In this document: positions 1 through 6,498 of the stretch, in pieces | How positions within the stretch are numbered: position 1 is the first letter of the stretch | Layout of the letters: every line of letters begins with the position of its first letter | Source of the DNA: Elusimicrobiota bacterium | Lineage (GTDB): Bacteria; CG03; SLGR01; JAGXOG01 | Assembly: GCA_051745145.1 (NCBI GenBank) | Contig: JBNJDT010000048.1 | Coordinates: 1-11,278, forward strand | Reading direction: 5' to 3' | DNA length: 11,278 nucleotides | Program-made: the position numbers and the translations under genes | Notes under the pieces: model-generated | The model's database searches: none | What the model was told of the DNA's origin: nothing | The model's input: the letters and a program-made list of their open reading frames with translations, nothing else

Positions 1-906
1 GTAGCTGTGGTACTAAGCTTCTTGTTCATTGTAGGACTGGATACCGGTTATGGAATGCAGCGAATAAAGACGAAGTTTACGGATATTATTCTTGCAGGAA
101 TGAAACCGGGAATGGTTTACAGTGTCAAGCAGGAAGAGAATGTACCGTATACGGTGATTAATGACTCCAAAGAAACAGCTCAAATGGAAGTACTGATAGA
201 AAAACCGAAAAGCCGTTATCTTAAGAAAGGCTACGAACCGATTCCTGATCCGACCTGGATTAAAGTAAATCCGGCTAATTTTACACTTGAACCCGGCGAA
301 GAAATCGACTGCGATCTAATTATATCTATACCCGAGGACGAAGAGTATTCACAGCGGCATTTTCAGGCTATGATAGTTACTCAGTCGGCCGGAACGCCCA
401 ATGCGGAAGGTGTACAGATAGATTTCGCATTGGCTAACAGACTCAGGTTTTCGACAGGACCGCGTCCGGAAGAAATATTTTCCGAGTACAAGGAAAAAGT
501 TTTATCGGCTCTGGAAATGGAGATGATGCCTATGAGTCTACATTTGGATAAAAAAATTCCGGTTGGTACAAAAGTGGATTTGGATGGTTTTGATATATCG
601 GTACCACAAATTACAAACAGGAGTAGAAAAGATTATGAGATTAAAGTTGAAGTAGATAAGGAAATATCTGACTACGGTGGACGGGCTGAATATGATTCTT
701 TGCCGGAAGAAGCCAAAATAAATTTGACCACTGATACCATAAAGGCTGATTCAAGAACAATAAAAGATGTAACTATGGAACTGAAATTACCGGATAAGGA
801 AGAGTACCTGGATAAAAAGTTTGGGTTTGCGGTTGTAGGAAAAGTACTTGGATTTGATATGCCGATAGAGTTATTTTCGCGGGTGTACTTTACGACAGAA
901 AAATGA
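1..906 (+). CDS. Secreted protein with two tandem Ig-like (PapD/DUF916-like) beta-sandwich domains; probably 5'-truncated by the window edge
   Basis: The frame is open from base 1 (GTA GCT GTG...) to TGA at 904-906. It begins with a hydrophobic stretch VAVVLSFLFIVGL..GYG, like a signal-peptide h/c-region whose n-region lies upstream. The motif WIKVNPANFTLEPGEEIDCDLIISIP resembles PapD-N/DUF916-type Ig folds, and the two halves align with each other. Confidence 0.6.
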   Translation, partial: VAVVLSFLFIVGLDTGYGMQRIKTKFTDIILAGMKPGMVYSVKQEENVPYTVINDSKETAQMEVLIEKPKSRYLKKGYEPIPDPTWIKVNPANFTLEPGEEIDCDLIISIPEDEEYSQRHFQAMIVTQSAGTPNAEGVQIDFALANRLRFSTGPRPEEIFSEYKEKVLSALEMEMMPMSLHLDKKIPVGTKVDLDGFDISVPQITNRSRKDYEIKVEVDKEISDYGGRAEYDSLPEEAKINLTTDTIKADSRTIKDVTMELKLPDKEEYLDKKFGFAVVGKVLGFDMPIELFSRVYFTTEK

Positions 907-960
907 AATATTTTAACGGAAAAATAAAAAAAGATGGAAACTTTAGCAGAAAGTAAAAAC

Positions 961-964
961 GGAG
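961..964 (+). promoter_or_regulatory. Ribosome-binding site for the 974 TTG start
   Basis: GGAG lies 9 nt upstream of the TTG at 974. Confidence 0.55.
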
Positions 965-973
965 AAAAAATAT

Positions 974-3088
974 TTGAATAAATATCTTCGCAATTTAATA
1001 AAGATCTTTATAGTACAGTTAGCGCTGTGCGCGGGGATATTTATGCCTGCTCGAGGGGAAGTATCCGCTTTTACTGATGTTTCGGTTTCTATCCGGCCAT
1101 CTCACAACGAAGCCCCTGATCCGGTGACGGATTTAATTGCTTATACCGCTGCCTATGACGGGGAAACCGGTAAGGTAGATTTATCCTGGAGTGCACCGTC
1201 CACTGAACTGGATGTAGATCTCCAGGGGTATGAAATTCGGTACCGCAAATTTAGTATTGAGGACGGTTTAGATCTTGGTTTAACAGTTGATGAATGGTTT
1301 GAGAACGCTGATAAATCACAATACTATCTGTCTCACAGTCCGGGAACTCCAATGGATTATACCGTCGGAGGACTTGACGCGGATACCACGTATTATTTTG
1401 CCATAAAAGCGGTGGATGAGTTTGATAATACTAGTGATTTAGATGTCAAATCAAGTACGGAGACAGAGGCAGAACAGCCATGGGCTATTTCTTCTTCAAC
1501 CATGAGTAAATCGATAGATCCCTTAAACGGATCTGCCGGAGAAAATGACGGCGAAATTGATCTGATCTGGGATTCTGTCGGTGGCGATGAATATAAATTA
1601 AGATACAGTACCAAGGCACCTGTAGAAAATCGTGAAGTGATATGGTGGGAAACTGCTTCAGAATACAGTATAGAGGATACACCGGCTTCTGAGGGGGTCC
1701 AGGAAGAATATGTAATGGAAGGCCTTACTACCGGTGCTACATATTATGTAGCTCTAAGAATGAAATGGGGGACTAAACTTGCACCTGTAGGGGAAGTGGC
1801 AAAAGTTGTAACCGGCGATTCAATACCGTCTGCTCCCACCGGTATAGAACTGGAATGCCTGGAAGATGCCGTTAAAGTTAAATGGCTTGAAAATACTGAG
1901 CCGGACATAAATAAATACTTTATAGAACGCCGTAAAATCGGCGAAAATTTTCAGGAAGTATCGGATCCGGATAATTCACCGTATTATGATACCGGGGTAA
2001 AGGCTAATAATACTTATGAATATAGGTTAAGAGTTGTTGATAATACCGGTAATTACAGCAATTACAGCGATGTAAAGCAGGTATATACCGGTGATATACT
2101 CCAGTTTGACGATATAGGCTTGCTCCGGATTAAATCAACTTCTGATAATAAAATAACGCTGGATTGGGATAATGTCTCCCAAAGCAGTGATTTAAAAGGA
2201 TATGTTGTAGAACGATCTCAGAATTTAGAGGGTCCGTGGAGTGATGTTAGTTTTATTTACAGTACAAACACTTTAAGATACACTGCAGATCTCACAGAAG
2301 AGACTTATTATTACAGAGTAAAATCAGTTTCCTGGGTGGGAATGGAGAGTATTGGTTCTAAGATAATAGATACTTCAAAAGATTTTAACCATTACTATGT
2401 AAGTGAAGATTTAAATGCCCATGTGAAATTACCTTACGTTGATGCAACCGAGTTATATCCGGAGAATAATAATGGCCGGGAGATGGCTCTTTCGGTTATA
2501 AAAGAGGAGAATGAAGATTATCTGCTTACCTACAATATGAAGGTAGAAAGTGGGGGTAAGGAAATTAATGATTTCCGTTTTTCGGATAGTGCAGATGCAA
2601 AAGTAGTGATTTACTATGATAAATTAAAAGATAATGAAGATATAAACTTTGAAACGAACAAGCAACCGGCTCTGTACTGGTTTAACGGTGTTAAATGGAT
2701 TAAATTAGGGGGAGTAAGGGATTCCATAAATCAAAAAATTGAGATCAACTCAAAGCAACTCGGAAAATTTGCTCTCGGGTTAACGACTCCGGTTAGTGGA
2801 TTTGAATTAACTACGGTTGAACCTAAGATATTTACTCCGGAGGAAGGGGATTACCGGATAAATGAAGTAAGCTTTTACTTTGAAAATCCGGAGTTTTCCG
2901 ACGTCAATATAAGTATCTTTAATTCAGAGGGCAGAGAAATCAGGAGTAATCTGGAAAAGGTTAAAGAAAATCAGATGGTCTGGGATGGGACTGATAGTTC
3001 CGGTGATATTGTCAAAGGTGGAATATATATTTACCAGGTAGAAGTGGAAGGGGAAGTTATAAACGGAACGATAGTAATAGCAAAATGA
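974..3088 (+). CDS. Secreted fibronectin type III repeat protein (4 FN3) with C-terminal gliding-motility-associated/T9SS type-B-like (FlgD Ig-like) sorting domain
   Basis: It has an N-terminal signal peptide and FN3 signatures VDLSWSAP..YEIRY..GLDADTTYYFAIKAVD, IDLIW..YKLRY..GLTTGATYYVAL, VKVKW..YFIER..TYEYRLRVVD and ITLDW..YVVER..YYYRVKSV. These are followed by an ALYWFNGVKWIKLGG domain and a C-terminal PKIFTP..ISIFNSEGREIR..WDGTD..GIYIYQVE..GTIVIAK (2801-3088). Confidence 0.85.
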   Translation: MNKYLRNLIKIFIVQLALCAGIFMPARGEVSAFTDVSVSIRPSHNEAPDPVTDLIAYTAAYDGETGKVDLSWSAPSTELDVDLQGYEIRYRKFSIEDGLDLGLTVDEWFENADKSQYYLSHSPGTPMDYTVGGLDADTTYYFAIKAVDEFDNTSDLDVKSSTETEAEQPWAISSSTMSKSIDPLNGSAGENDGEIDLIWDSVGGDEYKLRYSTKAPVENREVIWWETASEYSIEDTPASEGVQEEYVMEGLTTGATYYVALRMKWGTKLAPVGEVAKVVTGDSIPSAPTGIELECLEDAVKVKWLENTEPDINKYFIERRKIGENFQEVSDPDNSPYYDTGVKANNTYEYRLRVVDNTGNYSNYSDVKQVYTGDILQFDDIGLLRIKSTSDNKITLDWDNVSQSSDLKGYVVERSQNLEGPWSDVSFIYSTNTLRYTADLTEETYYYRVKSVSWVGMESIGSKIIDTSKDFNHYYVSEDLNAHVKLPYVDATELYPENNNGREMALSVIKEENEDYLLTYNMKVESGGKEINDFRFSDSADAKVVIYYDKLKDNEDINFETNKQPALYWFNGVKWIKLGGVRDSINQKIEINSKQLGKFALGLTTPVSGFELTTVEPKIFTPEEGDYRINEVSFYFENPEFSDVNISIFNSEGREIRSNLEKVKENQMVWDGTDSSGDIVKGGIYIYQVEVEGEVINGTIVIAK

Positions 3089-4848
3089 TGGAGAATAAAA
3101 AAATAAAAAAAGGGATAGCGCCAATTATTAAGAAAATAATAAAAATAAATATTTTACTGATAGCTGCAGTAATTACTGTGAGCTGCCCTAAAACAGGAAA
3201 GGCTGCTTTTGAAGATATCGGACATTCAGCTCGGGCAGATGGCATGGGGGAAGCTTATGTGTCTATGGCTGATGATGTATCAAGCATTTTTTATAATCCC
3301 GCCGGTTTATCTAATATTGATATGGCTTCATTCCTTACCGGATACGGGGGACAGCACATCGGTCTTGATGACGGGGGCTTAAGCAATAGTTTAGTGGGTA
3401 TAGGTTATCCGCTTGACAATACAGTTAATTTCTTAGATAAGGAAAGTGTGGGTTTCGGTTGGTCCAGATTGAAGGCGGGGGATTTATACAGAGAAGATGT
3501 TTTCACGTTGGGCTACGGAGCAAGTATCATTAAGAATTTGAGTGCAGGGTTAAATATGAAGATGTTTTCAGTAGGCTATAGAAAAGATGAATATACAGAG
3601 ATTAACCCTGTATTTTCATCCGGGTATAGTAAAACAGCTCTATCCGGGGATTTGGGGGTTTTATACGACATTGATGACTATACTCTCGGGTTAGGAGTTT
3701 TTAATATAGGTAATCCGGATGTAGCTTTAAAACATACTAACGTAATACCTATGTCCGTTAAATTAGGCGTAAATACGGTCCATAAGGTAGGAAAACTTAG
3801 TTTCCAGGTGGAATACAGTGAAGATGATGTAGATGTTTCCATAGGCACCGAAAAAGAGCTCTTTGACAGTAACTTCTATGTAAGGGGAGGTCTTAAACTG
3901 GGTACGAGAAATATGAGAAAACCCAGCGTGGGGTTTAGCTACGGTGATTCCTGGTATAAGGTTGACTATTCTATGCAATATCCACTTTCCGGCGTTAGTA
4001 ATACATTCGGCTCTCATAATCTGAATATTTCGTTTTATTTAGAAGATAAGAAAAGAGAGCAAAAACCGGAACCTGCAGAATTTGTGGTAAAAGATTTTGA
4101 AGTTATTCCGGAAGAAGTCTATGTAGCTGAAGAGTCAATAGTTTCTGCTGATGTGTATAATAAAGGTGAGAAGGCCGGGAGTTATAAGACAGAGTTTTAC
4201 ATTAACGGGGATACGGTCACGACGGCAGCAACTAAAATATCTGCCAATAGTACAGAAACTGTGAGTGCTTCTTATTATACCCAAACGCCCGGTGAATATA
4301 CGGTTAGGGCAAAAGATACGGCGGGTAAAAAGAATTTGAAAGTATATGAATATCCAAAAGTATCTACACTTGATGCCGAAAATATATATCATTCGTCCGC
4401 CGCGCTTAACGGTGAGCTTATAAAAGCAGGCCAGGGCGGTTCTGTATATTTCCGCTACCGGGTTGAAAAAGATACTGACGGTTGGAATTCCACCGATAAG
4501 CAGAGGATGACAAGCACGGATACTTTTAGCTCTCTAATAGAAGAACTTGCTTCCGGGACTACTTACCAGTTTAAGGCAGTTGTAGAATGGGATAAAGGCG
4601 AAGATACCGGAAAGCCTAAAACTTTCACTACAAAAGAAATAAAAGAAAAACCTGAAGAAGAGAAAACACCGTCTCCGGAAGAGCTCGAAGAATTTGAAGA
4701 AGCCCGGGAATACTATGAAAAACTTGTTGAATCCGGTGCCGGAGAAGCCACAAGAAGAAGGGTTCTTGAAAGAATAATATCCAACTATGAGGATACGGGA
4801 ATAGATTTGGACGATTTAAGAGAGGACCTGGAAGAGTTGAAAGAGTAG
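3085..4848 (+). CDS. PorP/SprF- or PorV-like (FadL-related) outer-membrane beta-barrel fused to CARDB, FN3-like and helical C-terminal domains
   Basis: A signal peptide is followed by AFEDIGHSARADGMGEAYVSMADDVSSIFYNPAGL, the hallmark N-terminus of PorV/PorP/FadL-like barrels. Amphipathic strands end at VDYSMQYP..HNLNISFY (~4041). Then come a CARDB-like domain (PAEFVV..VYNKGEKAG..PGEYTV, ~4072-4344) and an FN3-like domain (PKVSTL..AALNGEL..LASGTTYQFKAV..FTT, ~4351-4632). The start overlaps the upstream stop (ATGA). Confidence 0.8.
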   Translation: MMENKKIKKGIAPIIKKIIKINILLIAAVITVSCPKTGKAAFEDIGHSARADGMGEAYVSMADDVSSIFYNPAGLSNIDMASFLTGYGGQHIGLDDGGLSNSLVGIGYPLDNTVNFLDKESVGFGWSRLKAGDLYREDVFTLGYGASIIKNLSAGLNMKMFSVGYRKDEYTEINPVFSSGYSKTALSGDLGVLYDIDDYTLGLGVFNIGNPDVALKHTNVIPMSVKLGVNTVHKVGKLSFQVEYSEDDVDVSIGTEKELFDSNFYVRGGLKLGTRNMRKPSVGFSYGDSWYKVDYSMQYPLSGVSNTFGSHNLNISFYLEDKKREQKPEPAEFVVKDFEVIPEEVYVAEESIVSADVYNKGEKAGSYKTEFYINGDTVTTAATKISANSTETVSASYYTQTPGEYTVRAKDTAGKKNLKVYEYPKVSTLDAENIYHSSAALNGELIKAGQGGSVYFRYRVEKDTDGWNSTDKQRMTSTDTFSSLIEELASGTTYQFKAVVEWDKGEDTGKPKTFTTKEIKEKPEEEKTPSPEELEEFEEAREYYEKLVESGAGEATRRRVLERIISNYEDTGIDLDDLREDLEELKE

Positions 4849-4944
4849 GTATTAAAAACCTTACCTAACAGAGTTTAATCTTAAATTGTATCTGGTAATC
4901 TTTAATAGAAAGAAATGCAGGGTTGAAATTTGAAATATTTTAGT

Positions 4945-6120
4945 CTATGCCACCCATTCTCTATCCGGATAATATTTTTTAAGTTTTGCTTTTATTTCAC
5001 TTTTTAATTCTCTATCATTATCCAGCTGAGTAGCTGCATGGACTAGGGGTTCATATAAAACTTCCCTTAAATATTCCCTGTTTTCTACAAGTTGTAAAAG
5101 CAGTTTTATGTTTTTTTCTGATATTAAATCCCCCAAAAGTTTACAGGCACCGTCCCGGAACTGGCCGGTTTCTTCTTTAATTATATCCTTTAATATTTCA
5201 GTTGCAGAATCAGGATCAATTTTATGAATTACTTCTATAATCCGTAACCTTATGCGGTAATCCTCGTCATCCAGGAACTGTTCTACCATATTTAGAGCAA
5301 CCTGGTTTTCATACGGATTCTCTGTAGTGAGTTCATTTTCAATTATTTCAATTTTTTTCATTTTGCGTTCGTATTCGGTTTCTTCAGGATTTTTTTCTTC
5401 TTCTTCTATTTTTTTGCTAACGGCAATTTCTTTATCTTTTGTTAATTTTTTATACAGTATTATAAATCCGCCGCCTGCTATAAGAACAACTCCAATAATT
5501 ACCCCTAGCCACAGACGTCTGGTTTCTTTCTTTTCCGTAAGAGCTTCTTCAAGCTGTTTTTCTCTTTCCTGAAGTTTTTCTTCGACTGTCTGTTTTTCTT
5601 GTAAAGTTTCGCCCAGAGAGTGTTGCATTTGAACCCGGGTTTCGTCGTATTTTTCAAGTAATTGCTCCTGCCGTTGACGATATTCTTTAAAAGCTTCCAG
5701 TATATTTTCCATATCCTCCGGTGTTCTTGTATCTTCCGTAGCAGAAACATCTTCCCCCATAAACTGTCTGGTAGTCTCTATAAAATCTTTTATATCTTTA
5801 TTATTTGGTCTGATTTCCTGAGCTCTTAAATAATATTCCAGGGCGGACTCATAGTCGTCTTTAAAACTGTATTCTATGCCCAGTTCAGTTAATATAGTAA
5901 CAGCTGTATCTTTGAGGACTTCATTGTCACTATCTTTTTGAAGAGCTTTATCAATTAATTTTTCTGCTTCTGCGAGATTTCCTTTTTCGTAGTTGTCTGA
6001 AGCCTGCTGCAGTAAAACAGCGGTACTGGACTCGGTGGAATAGCTGTTATCTTGAGATTGAGCAGGGGAGGAGAGACAGAAGGTAAGAATTGATAAAATG
6101 ACTAGATACTTAAATTTCAT
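4945..6120 (-). CDS. Single-pass membrane protein: signal peptide, TPR repeats, coiled coil, TM helix, cytoplasmic HEAT-like repeats
   Basis: Signal peptide MKFKYLVILSILTFCLSSPAQS; TPR motifs (YEKGNLAEAEKLIDKALQKDSDN; LGIEYSFKDDYESALEYYLRAQEIRPNN); TM helix LWLGVIIGVVLIAGGGFIILY followed by KKLTK (positive-inside); HEAT-like FLDDEDYRIRLRIIEVIHKI and FRDGACKLLGDL. Confidence 0.8.
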   Translation of the reverse strand: MKFKYLVILSILTFCLSSPAQSQDNSYSTESSTAVLLQQASDNYEKGNLAEAEKLIDKALQKDSDNEVLKDTAVTILTELGIEYSFKDDYESALEYYLRAQEIRPNNKDIKDFIETTRQFMGEDVSATEDTRTPEDMENILEAFKEYRQRQEQLLEKYDETRVQMQHSLGETLQEKQTVEEKLQEREKQLEEALTEKKETRRLWLGVIIGVVLIAGGGFIILYKKLTKDKEIAVSKKIEEEEKNPEETEYERKMKKIEIIENELTTENPYENQVALNMVEQFLDDEDYRIRLRIIEVIHKIDPDSATEILKDIIKEETGQFRDGACKLLGDLISEKNIKLLLQLVENREYLREVLYEPLVHAATQLDNDRELKSEIKAKLKKYYPDREWVA

Positions 6121-6498
6121 TTACAAAACCTTTTTGACAGTATCCAGCAGGTCATTTATTTTATAGGGCTTAGCAAGAAATTCATCCGGTTTGACATCAT
6201 CGTCAACCAATTCAAAATAATCTTTCAGCCCACCTTTACCGGAGCTAATTATTACCGGTACATCTTTTAGGTCAGGCATGCTTTTAATCTTTTTTAAAAA
6301 ACTAAAACCATCCATTTCCGGCATAACTATATCCAGAATAATTGCATCCGGTTTACGTTCCTCTAAAACTTTTAGAGCTTTAGCGCCCGTATTTACCGAT
6401 TTAGTGCTAACTCCCGATAATTTTGAAATACCGAGTTCCAATAATTTTCTTATTTCCTCTTCGTCGTCTATTACTAAAATAAATTTATCTTTACTCAT
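6121..6498 (-). CDS. Single-domain response regulator (CheY-like receiver)
   Basis: It shows the ILVIDDE acidic pocket, PDAIILDIVMPEMDG with the phosphoacceptor Asp, the VPVIISSG switch Ser and FLAKP with the conserved Lys-Pro. It is 125 aa long with no output domain. Confidence 0.95.
   Translation of the reverse strand: MSKDKFILVIDDEEEIRKLLELGISKLSGVSTKSVNTGAKALKVLEERKPDAIILDIVMPEMDGFSFLKKIKSMPDLKDVPVIISSGKGGLKDYFELVDDDVKPDEFLAKPYKINDLLDTVKKVL

Noticed and set aside
3175..3204. Lipoprotein lipobox at TVSC in the barrel protein
   Set aside because: The -3 residue is a poor match. SPase I cleavage at GKA|AFED fits the usual mature start of this barrel family better.
1393..4392. Short minus-strand ORFs (1393-1614, 1485-1682, 2924-3124, 3057-3245, 3763-4017, 4135-4392)
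   Set aside because: They are antisense shadows of well-supported + strand genes, with no recognisable motifs.
4845..4944. Intrinsic terminator between the convergent operons
   Set aside because: Only a weak TAGGTA/TACCTA stem with a long loop is present; there is no GC-rich hairpin with a U-tract.
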